Source of the DNA: a virus
Taxonomy: Duplodnaviria; Caudoviricetes
Virus record (IMG/VR): IMGVR_UViG_3300001525_000609
Span: 1 to 64,000 of that record
Length of the DNA stretch: 64,000 nt
Reading direction: 5' to 3' (one strand)
Both the position numbers and the translations under genes were made by a program. Each line of letters starts with the position of its first letter. The first letter of the stretch is position 1. The notes under the pieces were generated by a model that was given only the letters and a program-made list of their open reading frames with translations, was not told the origin of the DNA and made no database searches. This document shows, piece after piece, positions 1 to 8,830 of the stretch.

Positions 1-66
1 ACTGCGGTCCGTTCTACGCTTACTTCGCCTATAGCGCTAGCCGCGCGAATGCGGTCCGTCCCTCCT
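1..66 (+). repeat. DGR variable repeat (VR), 3' part
   Basis: Aligns ungapped to 355-420. Mismatches at VR 21, 27, 28, 30, 42, 43, 45, 61 and 66 all lie opposite an A in the TR. Confidence 0.95.
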
Positions 67-77
67 ACCGTCTTTGA
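1..77 (+). CDS. 3' end of DGR target gene (probable C-type-lectin-fold receptor-binding tail protein), truncated by the window edge
   Basis: The frame starting at nt 3 reads CGPFYAYFAYSASRANAVRPSYRL then TGA (75-77) TAA. It is the variant copy of the TR at 355-420. Confidence 0.85.
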   Translation, partial: CGPFYAYFAYSASRANAVRPSYRL

Positions 78-96
78 TAAAGGGCAGCAAACAACC

Positions 97-144
97 GCGC
101 CAGTCAGCCGGAGGCGCTGGCGCATAAACAGGGGCGCAAGCCCC
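97..144 (+). promoter_or_regulatory. GC-rich hairpins downstream of the VR (candidate DGR target-recognition hairpin/cruciform)
   Basis: GCGCCAG(97-103)/CTGGCGC(117-123) stem, then GGGGC-GCAA-GCCCC (131-144) with a GNRA loop. The position matches the hairpin downstream of IMH in known DGRs. Confidence 0.65.
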
Positions 145-294
145 GCCTTCCCGTCGGGAGACCCCGGCGGTCTGTCGTATTGTTTAAATAAGATGACTTA
201 ATCCAGAGTATCATGGATACCACCTATATCCATGGGCGGTGCGGTAGACCGCGCGGCGTCCGTGGCTCGTTGTCCTTGGGTTTCTTCGCCGACA

Positions 295-420
295 ATGGCA
301 ATGTCAATGCCTCGAATTTCCCGAATGTCGGTGGCAACTACAACAACGGCACGAACTGCGGTCCGTTCTACGCTAACTTCAACAATAGCGCTAGCAACAC
401 GAATGCGGTCCGTCACTCCA
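295..420 (+). ncRNA. DGR template repeat (TR)
   Basis: AAC-rich template (translates as NGNVNASNFPNVGGNYNNGTNCGPFYANFNNSASNTNAV) directly upstream of the RT. 355-420 is the A-retaining copy of the VR. The 5' boundary is uncertain because the VR is cut by the window edge. Confidence 0.9.
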
Positions 421-613
421 TCACGCTCCATCCCTATCAGTGGGAACCCTTATGGGAACGCTTTTCGGCTTGGAGATCAGTCCGCACAGCCCCAGCTCTT
501 GCTGAAAAATCACGGTCGGACGAGAATTGCCGACTTTGCACCACATGCGGCTTTGGTACTCCCGGAATGGGCGAAGGAAGAAGACGCGGTGCAAAAATAC
601 GGAGGGTAGTCGA

Positions 614-1702
614 TTGAAGAGGATCGGGAACATCGACGGCGTGCCGTTGTTCGACCTTGCGTTGCGCAAGGAGAATATCATGGAGGCGATAGACAACGCA
701 TCCAAAGACCATGCCCACGATCCTCAAGTCATCTAGATGAAGGAGAACAAAGAAGATTGCGCATATTGGATTTGGCAAGAAATACACACAGCGGAGTTCC
801 ACTTTTCGAAATTCCGTTCAAGAGACATATACGAGCGCGGAAAGAAGCGCCACTTATGCTACACCGTCACCTTCCCCGACAGGGTCATTCAGCACGTCAT
901 CCTCCAGATTGTCGGACCCATCCTCTTGGGAACGAGCGTGAGGGACACATACGCCGCCCAGAAGGGCAAGGGCACGCACCTCTGCTCGATGAAGGTGCGC
1001 GAAGCGATCTACAACGACCCAGAGGGAACGAAATACTATCTTAAAGAAGACATCAAGAAGTACTTCGACAACATCCCGCGAGACATCCTCTTCAATCTTA
1101 TCAAGAGGAAGATAAAGGACCGCAAGATACTCAACATCATCCACGAGTTCATCTTCGGAGCGCCCGGGCGCAAGGGCTTGCCCATCGGCATGTATTCCAG
1201 CCAGATATTCTCGTCGTTCATGCTGACCTACTTCGACCATTGGGTGAAGGAAGTCCTGCGCATCAAGCACTGTTTCAGGTACATGGACGATTGGGTATGC
1301 TTCTCCAACAGCAAGGCCGCACTCCATCGCATCCATATGCTCGTCAAAGCGAAGCTCAAGGGGGATTACAGGCTGGAACCGAAGTCCAACTGGCGCATCG
1401 CGCCCACCGCCACGGGGCTGGACTTTGTCGGATACGTCCACTACTTCACGCACGTCCTACTGAGGAAGCGCAACAAGATACGCTACAAGAGGGTGTGCAA
1501 CCTTATCAAGCGCAACTGGCTCAAGGGCATCCCGCCGACCATCAATCAACTGGCGTCCGCACGCTCATACGACGGGATGGCGAGCTGGTGCGATGGAAAG
1601 AGACTAAGGCATTTAAACTACGGACAGATTATACAGACCTTGGGTAATCCATATGATACAACATGGAACAGTCAGGGGCACGCAGGCTGTGAAGCCTGCT
1701 AA
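614..1702 (+). CDS. DGR reverse transcriptase with an in-frame TAG at codon 41 (734-736); 362 aa if read through, 321 aa from ATG 737
   Basis: TTG at 614 follows GGAGG (601-605) and begins LKRIGN, the typical N-terminus of DGR RTs. Motifs FPDRVIQH, LKEDIKKYFDNI, GLPIGMYSSQ (GxxxSQ of DGR RTs) and YMDD are present. Confidence 0.9.
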
Positions 1703-2093
1703 CATCGAGATCAACGCAGACACCGTGTACATACGCGGGTCCGTCGTCCGCAAATCCGAGACGAGGGACGAGGAGACGATGGAGTTCTGGGAGTACACCG
1801 AGGACGTGCTCAGCAAGACCGAGTACGAGGCTATGCAGGCGTCCGCACCCAACATCGGCATCGCCGACAACGCATGGGACGACGGCCTTCAGACGATGGT
1901 CAGGACCATCCTCTACGAGAGGACCGACGGCGACCGCGCCAAGCTTGAGAGGAAGATAAGGCTCGGCATCGACGTGGACGAGAATACGGCGCTCCTCAAG
2001 AAGCTGGACGAGTACTGCGACGCGGTGCGCGCCACCAAGGACGCAGAAGGCTACCCGACCAACGTGCCGTCGTATCCTGTGTACGAGTATTGA
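1653..2093 (+). CDS. Tail-fibre assembly chaperone-like protein
   Basis: C-terminal YCDAVRATKDAEGYPTNVPSYP resembles the Y..ALR......GFP....WP ending of tail-fibre chaperones. It follows the DGR cassette and overlaps the RT 3' end. Confidence 0.5.
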   Translation: MIQHGTVRGTQAVKPANIEINADTVYIRGSVVRKSETRDEETMEFWEYTEDVLSKTEYEAMQASAPNIGIADNAWDDGLQTMVRTILYERTDGDRAKLERKIRLGIDVDENTALLKKLDEYCDAVRATKDAEGYPTNVPSYPVYEY

Positions 2094-2102
2094 AACTGTT
2101 TC

Positions 2103-2122
2103 CCTCCCCTATATAGGGGAGG
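2103..2122. terminator. Perfect 20-bp palindrome between convergent genes
   Basis: CCTCCCCTATATAGGGGAGG is its own reverse complement and lies between the stops at 2093 (+) and 2133 (-). Confidence 0.6.
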
Positions 2123-2132
2123 ATGCTTTCTC

Positions 2133-2603
2133 TCAAAGGAACGCGACCGCATTCACTGCGATCGTAGAATTCGTTTTCGACCAAACATAGATTTTATCCG
2201 TTGCCGATTCCGCAATAGGATAATACTTGCCTGAAAGGGCAGCATCATGGCCGAATGTGACGATCGGGGTGTGCGATGATGTGCAACCAGTCAGAGATAT
2301 TGTCCCCTTGTACGGATATCCTGACACAGATGTGTCAGAGACCCACGTAACAGATGCGTTTTCAACAGAAAGCACGTTGGAATCATCAGATATCGTTCCA
2401 ATCGCAGTCCATGAGCTTCCTAGGCTCTGATATATCGTGCCTTTGACGTAAGTTCCATCGCTTGTTCCGACATAGATCACTATGAATCCGTTGTTCTTCG
2501 AACTGGCAGTAGGCATTGAGGTCGCAGATCCGACCATTTTTCCTGTGAAGTATGAATCTACTACACCATTGATGTTGAGATCGCTGTAAACAGTATTGAC
2601 CAT
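2133..2603 (-). CDS. Ser/Thr/Gly-rich beta-strand protein, possible minor tail or fibre protein
   Basis: 156-aa ORF with a GAGGTG RBS upstream. Composition is typical of virion fibre domains; no family recognised. Confidence 0.45.
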   Translation of the reverse strand: MVNTVYSDLNINGVVDSYFTGKMVGSATSMPTASSKNNGFIVIYVGTSDGTYVKGTIYQSLGSSWTAIGTISDDSNVLSVENASVTWVSDTSVSGYPYKGTISLTGCTSSHTPIVTFGHDAALSGKYYPIAESATDKIYVWSKTNSTIAVNAVAFL

Positions 2604-2801
2604 TAGCTCTCACCTCAGGGCTTCTATGCAGGGATAGAAGTTTTGCTTTATAAAAAATAGCAATCTGGATGTATTTGCCGTCCTCATTGTTTGATTGAGG
2701 CCGCTTTGAACAGATACTGCTTTATACGATAGGTACGTTGTAGGAATCGCTTCTCTTTTTTGAAGCTGGCATGCTCCTTGTGTGCTTAGTGACATCACAA
2801 A

Positions 2802-2836
2802 CCTCTTGAGAGCCGGTCCCATCTGCTCTCAAGAGG
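2802..2836. promoter_or_regulatory. 12-bp inverted repeat in a divergent intergenic region
   Basis: CCTCTTGAGAGC (2802-2813) / GCTCTCAAGAGG (2825-2836), 11-nt loop, upstream of a TATA-like TTTATA at about 2854. Confidence 0.5.
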
Positions 2837-2868
2837 CCCTATCGGTCTGAATCTTTATACATTGGCGC

Positions 2869-3510
2869 GTGTATCCCCTTCTCATGCCTGAGCTAACGAT
2901 CGAAGTCGTGCCCGCTGATAGCGGAAAAGCAGAGAATGTCGCATTCTGTGAGTCTCCTGCCCCGAAAGACGATGATCCTGAGAAATCCGATGACGCGAAC
3001 CTCACCAGAGAACTCATCGCCGAGGAGCAGGATGCCGTTAATGATTACGAAGCCCTGTCTGATAAGGCTGAGACTGAGGATGCCAAAAAAGTCTATGATG
3101 ACATAGCGAATGAAGAAAAGGTTCATGCCGGAGAGCTCCTTATTCTCCTGTTGAAACAAGATCCTGCTGAAAAAGGCGCTAGAAAACAGGCGCATAAGGA
3201 ATCGGAGGAGGGGGATGATGACAGCGAGAATAAAGGTGATGACGGACCCGAAATCATAGGCGAGTCGTTCAGAGACATGTTCGAGAACGGTCGGAAGAAA
3301 GTCATCGCCAAGGCGATGGGGTGTGACGAGGAGGATTTTGAAAAAGGGACTGAAAAAGGCAGATATAAGCATAAAGAACCTAGGCCCCGTAAGCTAGGAA
3401 AGCCTCTTGGGAACTCTAAGCCAGATTCGCCTACGATTCCTCAGGATGAAGGCCCGCCTTCATCATTCGAACAGGGTCTCAGAAGGGGAGAACGGTTCGG
3501 GAAGTATTGA
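2869..3510 (+). CDS. Ferritin/rubrerythrin-like domain protein with acidic tail
   Basis: EEQDAVNDY...IANEEKVHAGELLILL..QDP matches the EE..A...Y / EEK.H di-iron helix pair. Confidence 0.6.
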   Translation: MYPLLMPELTIEVVPADSGKAENVAFCESPAPKDDDPEKSDDANLTRELIAEEQDAVNDYEALSDKAETEDAKKVYDDIANEEKVHAGELLILLLKQDPAEKGARKQAHKESEEGDDDSENKGDDGPEIIGESFRDMFENGRKKVIAKAMGCDEEDFEKGTEKGRYKHKEPRPRKLGKPLGNSKPDSPTIPQDEGPPSSFEQGLRRGERFGKY

Positions 3511-3511
3511 T

Positions 3512-6500
3512 ATGGAATCTTTCAAAGAGATGATGGACGGGATGGCCCGTAATCACGGCTCCTGGTGGACGTCTGAATTTGCCAAAGGCGCAGAGAATGA
3601 TTATGGCGTCGGAAGCGATTATGATCGGGAGAGAAAAGCGAAAAAAGCTATTAGAACACGTCGTAATTTTCAATCAGCAGGCACACCCGTGTTCAATTCC
3701 AATGGGAAAATAAGAGAAGTAAAGAACGCCGAAAAGGACGATGTTCCCTACGAATATTCGCCTATGCGTACTTTCGATGACAGGTGGGGTATCTCGCGTA
3801 CAGCCAATATGGTCTCGCAAGGCACGTATTGGACTGTTAACGCGCCATACATATATGTTATGCCGAATGGGAAGCTCACGAATCAGCCACGCGAAGCCGT
3901 GCAATACGGCGGGCACCCCGTCACCATCGTCGACCTGAAACAGAGCAATCTGCCTGATGACCTGGCGACCCTCAAGAAGAAAGCAGGCAAGACTACAGGC
4001 TATACCTTCCGCCCTATGGGGGACCTACGCAATATCCAGAACGAGCTTCAGCGCAGTGCCGACAATTTCGCGTTCGAGTCTTGGTTGGATAAACAGCTGT
4101 ATTATAAAATCAAGAATAAGATCCAATCTGACTTAGGGATACCTATCTATGGATACTATTATGGGGATGTGCCTTCTGTTACAAAGGAATATGCAGACGA
4201 GTTGGCGAAACGCCAGTTGAAGGAAAGATTCAACAACGGCGAGATATCTTCAGAGATGGCTTCCGATCCTGCGGTCTTGAAGAGCTTGGCCGACAGGCTG
4301 TATCAGGAAAAAGCTGTTCCTTTGGTTCAATTTGTTCGTGAAACCAATCCGGAAAAGGTAAGGAAGCTTACTACATACTATCGGATGCATGTCCTTCCGG
4401 ATGAAAAGAGGAGATATGCAAAGGTCCGTGCGAGGGAAGCGGCAGAGTATCAGGATATGGTTGAGCAAGCCGAAAAGATACTTGCAGACGAGATAGCTGC
4501 ATTTCAAGAGAAGGACCTTGAAAAAGATCCATCAGGCAATACTTCGAAAATCGACACGAGCACACCTGATGCATGGGCGAAAGGAGGGTATGCGTACATA
4601 CCCCCCAGCAAGTTCGGCTACGGCGAAATGAAGACTAATGACTATGGAGATACATACCAATCTTACAACAATGAGTTCAAGCGCATCCTCAGGAATCTCT
4701 ACGCACTCAAATACGGAATCGTCGAGAAGCCGCCGAAGCCGAAGGAGGAGGAATCCCTTCCTAGCCCCGATGAACCTGGCATCACAGAGGAAGAGAAGAT
4801 CAAGCGTCAGAAGGCGATCAATTTCAAAGAATTTGCCGACAGTCAGGCAGAAGCACGTGCACTCGCTGAGAAGAAGACATATGCAGACGACAGACGCAAG
4901 GAATCATTGGACGAGCTCAACTATCAGAGGCGTCGGAAGCAGGCAGAAGAAGATCATGAAATACGGCAGATATATCTCCGTTTCAAGGCCCTTCAGCATC
5001 TCGATGAAGATCTAATGCCCGAATCCTATTGGAGGTATATCAAAGAGGGAAAGCATATCAGCCTTGAGGAGCAGAACAAACGCGTTAATGAGGTCTATGA
5101 TGGCATTCATAATCACCTCAAGAACAAGGCTGCATACTTAGACAGGATCAAGGACGTCAACACCCCGATTGAAGAGCTGAACAGGCTCGCTATCGAAGCC
5201 GCACAGCCCCATAACGACCCTGCTAAGCATGACGAGCTTCAGAAGAGATTCCACAAGAAGCTAGAATCAGTCTGCAAGACGATAGACAAGATCATGAAGG
5301 ACAAGAACCATGATAAAGCCATCGGCGATTTCGGATATGACAATCTTAAGGCGATTCGCAAGATGAATTCCAGAGAATATGTTGCCGAGCTGGAAAAGGA
5401 CAAGAAACAGCCTGGCTCAGGCGTGATCATAAAGCCTCTCTCGAAGAAAGCGCTGTTTAAATTATGGGGTGGAATCGATGAAGATGGCGAATATGGTGAA
5501 GTCGGTGCGAAAGTGTCGGGTGAGAGGGGTCGGATCGGTGACTTGATAAAGACGATCGAGGCGCCCATCATATCCGAGAACAAGTTGCATGAGATGATGA
5601 TGAGGGGTGAGGACCCTCGTGACAATCCTGCTGTGATGGCGAATCTTGAACAGAGCGGGTTGACGACTTCAGGCCTTCTCCCAGCACACTGGCTTCGGCA
5701 GTTCACCGGCACAGCTGCAATCAGGAAACAACGGGAGCATGAGAATACTCGCGAATATATAGATGAGCTCCACAGACAGGTTCGGAAAGACATACAGAGC
5801 AATCGCACGGGCGATGCTCTGCCATCTGCATTGAGGATGATCTATGCTATCGCCAGTGACGATTCCGAGCCGGAGGATCTGCAGAAGAAAGCCAAGGATG
5901 TTCTGGCGATGGTTAAAAAAGAACTCGTAGCTTCTCTGGATCCGAGGTCGCCCAAAGCAGTGGGCAGCAGAGTTCCGCCAGAGCCGACGATACCCCATTA
6001 TCCGGAGTACGAATCTAATCCGTATGAGGAATATATGCTCAATGGGGGGCGTGACATCACAGAGAACATCATGCGTGCTAGAAGGAACTCTCGTAATTTA
6101 GAGTATCTTATGCCGTTTTTCAGAAAGATTACACCCAAGTTGAATTCTATCGATCCTCAGATTCGTGAAGAGGCTGAGGCGAAAGTGCTGAGGTTCATCA
6201 AGGATTATATCTACCCTGACATTCATGGACGCAGAGCGATCGATGATTATATCGGAAGCCGCGTATACGGTCCGTTGGATGTCAACACTGATACGCAGCC
6301 AGAGGAAGCATGGGCAAGAATCAAGGGTGCGCCGAAGAAAGAAAAGGATAAGACTAAGCCTGCGGAGAGGAAACTGGAAATCAAAGCCGTGAAAGATACT
6401 CCTGACGTTATCGAAAGGAGTTTAAGGGCACTCCAGGATTCAGGCGTGACTGTGGATATTGATGGGAAACCAACTGATTTCCTTCATGTCGTAGACCGCA

Positions 6501-7582
6501 TCTACGATGGCATCATGTCTGATATAAACAACAACCCGCCCATAGCTGAATCTAATTCTAAGAGTGGATCTGTGTTCGGTACATATTACCCTTACCATAA
6601 TGGGGAGATAGGTGATCAGCTTGCTTCAGCTGTGACTCCTCAGCTTATAGATTATCTCAGTTGGGCTCCGGAAAGCGTTTTGACAGGAAAAGACCATGCG
6701 AAAAGGCTCAGAGAGCTTATCGACGAGGACATCCCTCATGATCCGAACGACGAGACCCAAGGCACACGCAAGCGTTCTAAGCCCGAAGTCGTTGATGCGT
6801 TCATGGATGAATTCGATCCTGATCGGCCCGATAGTTCTGCAACCGGAAATCCGCAGGCCGATGCCATTGCGACCGATGGCAACGCAACGGTAAAACGCAG
6901 CCCTAAATACAATGCCCTCAGAAAGGATGTCGCGTCTGCCATGCGTCAGATCGGCCATCAGAACATGCTTCGCAAGGAATTTGAGAAGTACGGCATCGAC
7001 ACATCGAAAGTGCCTGACCCGTCGAAAGAAGAGAAAGAGCTGGCAAGGGTCTCGTTCCCTGTTAGACAGAAATCAGAACCTCAGGTTGCAATCAATTCTG
7101 AGGTTACGGCTGGAACACCCGTGACGTCTGCGACGCCTGCTTCGCCGTCTGTAGCTCCAGTTGCACCTTCCGTCACGCCTACAACGCCTCTTGCGCTCAA
7201 GCCCGAGCCCACTGCACCTGTCGTTTCCGATGCGATGGGCGCGACGCCTACTATAGGCGTGTCTGGCGATCAGGATCTAGATAACAAGCCGACAAACACA
7301 GAAGTTCCGAAAGAAGCTCAAAGAAATCTTGATGATTTTTATAAGAGCAGGGCCTTCTTAGAGAACATGCAGGATATGTCCATCCGCGAGATGATGAGCG
7401 CGATTGCCAAGAGCGATTCCAAGGAAGGGCACCCTTATGGAAAGCCTGTGCAAGGTAGCACGTTCGTGTTCGGTTCTACAACCGCCACACTAGGCGATGG
7501 GAAAGAGCCAGTCATGCCCGTCGACATCCCGAAAGGAGAGACCAATGGCGAAGGCGCGACTTCGAAAGAGATCACCTTGTGA
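3512..7582 (+). CDS. Large (about 1356 aa) charged protein, putative head-internal/ejection protein
   Basis: Uninterrupted ORF. ATG 3512 follows the TGA of the previous gene. Helical and charged, with a Pro/Thr/Ala-rich linker near the C-terminus; no catalytic motif recognised. Confidence 0.55.
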   Translation: MESFKEMMDGMARNHGSWWTSEFAKGAENDYGVGSDYDRERKAKKAIRTRRNFQSAGTPVFNSNGKIREVKNAEKDDVPYEYSPMRTFDDRWGISRTANMVSQGTYWTVNAPYIYVMPNGKLTNQPREAVQYGGHPVTIVDLKQSNLPDDLATLKKKAGKTTGYTFRPMGDLRNIQNELQRSADNFAFESWLDKQLYYKIKNKIQSDLGIPIYGYYYGDVPSVTKEYADELAKRQLKERFNNGEISSEMASDPAVLKSLADRLYQEKAVPLVQFVRETNPEKVRKLTTYYRMHVLPDEKRRYAKVRAREAAEYQDMVEQAEKILADEIAAFQEKDLEKDPSGNTSKIDTSTPDAWAKGGYAYIPPSKFGYGEMKTNDYGDTYQSYNNEFKRILRNLYALKYGIVEKPPKPKEEESLPSPDEPGITEEEKIKRQKAINFKEFADSQAEARALAEKKTYADDRRKESLDELNYQRRRKQAEEDHEIRQIYLRFKALQHLDEDLMPESYWRYIKEGKHISLEEQNKRVNEVYDGIHNHLKNKAAYLDRIKDVNTPIEELNRLAIEAAQPHNDPAKHDELQKRFHKKLESVCKTIDKIMKDKNHDKAIGDFGYDNLKAIRKMNSREYVAELEKDKKQPGSGVIIKPLSKKALFKLWGGIDEDGEYGEVGAKVSGERGRIGDLIKTIEAPIISENKLHEMMMRGEDPRDNPAVMANLEQSGLTTSGLLPAHWLRQFTGTAAIRKQREHENTREYIDELHRQVRKDIQSNRTGDALPSALRMIYAIASDDSEPEDLQKKAKDVLAMVKKELVASLDPRSPKAVGSRVPPEPTIPHYPEYESNPYEEYMLNGGRDITENIMRARRNSRNLEYLMPFFRKITPKLNSIDPQIREEAEAKVLRFIKDYIYPDIHGRRAIDDYIGSRVYGPLDVNTDTQPEEAWARIKGAPKKEKDKTKPAERKLEIKAVKDTPDVIERSLRALQDSGVTVDIDGKPTDFLHVVDRIYDGIMSDINNNPPIAESNSKSGSVFGTYYPYHNGEIGDQLASAVTPQLIDYLSWAPESVLTGKDHAKRLRELIDEDIPHDPNDETQGTRKRSKPEVVDAFMDEFDPDRPDSSATGNPQADAIATDGNATVKRSPKYNALRKDVASAMRQIGHQNMLRKEFEKYGIDTSKVPDPSKEEKELARVSFPVRQKSEPQVAINSEVTAGTPVTSATPASPSVAPVAPSVTPTTPLALKPEPTAPVVSDAMGATPTIGVSGDQDLDNKPTNTEVPKEAQRNLDDFYKSRAFLENMQDMSIREMMSAIAKSDSKEGHPYGKPVQGSTFVFGSTTATLGDGKEPVMPVDIPKGETNGEGATSKEITL

Positions 7583-7584
7583 GT

Positions 7585-7615
7585 GCATGGGGGTTGAAGT
7601 TCTCAACCCTCATGC
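7585..7615 (+). terminator. Hairpin after the large ORF
   Basis: GCATG-GGGGTTGA / TCAACCCT-CATGC imperfect stem followed by a T-rich tract. Confidence 0.5.
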
Positions 7616-7663
7616 CTAAACCTTTTTAACGCTCATTTTTGATAATTGTGTGAGGTATGAATC

Positions 7664-8830
7664 ATGAAATCCTCTACACTTTCGATTACATTTGCGACCA
7701 TGGTGCTGGTCGCGGCCTTCGCAGGCATCATCGTCGTTGGTGAGGACGCTGACGCTGGTGATGCTAAGGTCCTTCAGTACACGGTCGGCACAACCGTTTA
7801 TTCTGAGACCGTCAACACCGACACCGTGATCCTCAAAGACCTCGCGACTCTGGGCTGCACTATGCCCGAAGGCAAGACCTTTAAGGGATGGGCCTCCGCT
7901 GATCCTGATAAGACTACTCCGACTACGATCTACAGCGCAGGCTCGACCTATGCGCTATCGACCGGGCTGACCCTGTGGGCGGTCGTCGAGAAAGTGACCT
8001 ATAAAGTTACATTTGCTTACGAAGATGGAACTTCTATCCTTGCTAAAGAGAAGCTTGAGTATGACTCCACTCTGACTCTCCCTGCTAAGGCGACCTCTGT
8101 CGCTGCTGGAAAGGTCCTGGAGTTCCGTCAGATTGACGGGCAGATCTTCATCGGATGGGCGCTTGCTGACGAGCCTGGGCTGGTCGTCATCGCCGCCTCT
8201 GAGAAGACCATCAAGGTCGTCGGCGACGCCGATTACGTCCCTGTCTACGCCCATGACCCCGTGCTGACCTTTATCGTCGACGGCACCCAGATCTACAAAC
8301 ACACCGAGTATGGAGCAGTCCTTCCGACCGCTCCCTCTAAAGACGGATTCAGCTTCGTCGGCTGGTCCGACAGCGAGATCACCATCCCTGATGCAGACCT
8401 TGCAACCTATGTTGCGATCCTCCTCGATGATGTCACCCTGACTGCTGTCTGGGAGCCTGCCGTCTACACCGTCACCTTCGTCGTTGACGGCGAGACCGTC
8501 ATGGTCCAGTCCGTCAAGCACGGGGATGTCGCCACTGAGCCCAAGTTCGTGCCTGCAAAGGACGGATACAGCTTCACTGCGTGGGCTGTCGACAACAAAG
8601 CATACGATTTCGCCTCTCCCGTGACCGGTGACATGACCATCACTGCATCTTTCGAGAAGACTCCTGTTCCTGCACCTACGGGGCTCAAGAACCCGACTGT
8701 TCAGATGATTCTCATCATCGTCGGAACTATCGTTCTTGCGCTTATTGCCCTGATGATCTGGAAGAGGGATGTTATCAGAGCTGCACTGGTCAAGAAACTT
8801 GACAAGGGAAACAATGGAGGGTCTGCCTGA
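7664..8830 (+). CDS. Membrane-anchored adhesin-like protein with InlB B-repeat (Listeria-Bacteroides repeat) domains
   Basis: N-terminal signal peptide ending ...VVGEDADA. Repeated YTVTF..DG...P.KDGYSF..W units. C-terminal transmembrane helix followed by a basic tail (WKRD). Confidence 0.8.
   Translation: MKSSTLSITFATMVLVAAFAGIIVVGEDADAGDAKVLQYTVGTTVYSETVNTDTVILKDLATLGCTMPEGKTFKGWASADPDKTTPTTIYSAGSTYALSTGLTLWAVVEKVTYKVTFAYEDGTSILAKEKLEYDSTLTLPAKATSVAAGKVLEFRQIDGQIFIGWALADEPGLVVIAASEKTIKVVGDADYVPVYAHDPVLTFIVDGTQIYKHTEYGAVLPTAPSKDGFSFVGWSDSEITIPDADLATYVAILLDDVTLTAVWEPAVYTVTFVVDGETVMVQSVKHGDVATEPKFVPAKDGYSFTAWAVDNKAYDFASPVTGDMTITASFEKTPVPAPTGLKNPTVQMILIIVGTIVLALIALMIWKRDVIRAALVKKLDKGNNGGSA

Noticed and set aside
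213-617. 134-aa ORF as the DGR accessory protein Avd
   Set aside because: It is the Asn-rich translation of the template repeat plus spacer, with no helical Avd character.
527-736. 69-aa ORF as an independent gene
   Set aside because: Its last 40 codons are the RT N-terminus (KRIGN...), in frame with 737-1702 across one TAG. The part upstream of 614 looks non-coding.
2610-2822. 70-aa minus-strand ORF
   Set aside because: It starts inside the 12-bp inverted repeat, has no RBS or recognisable motif, and lies in a divergent promoter region.
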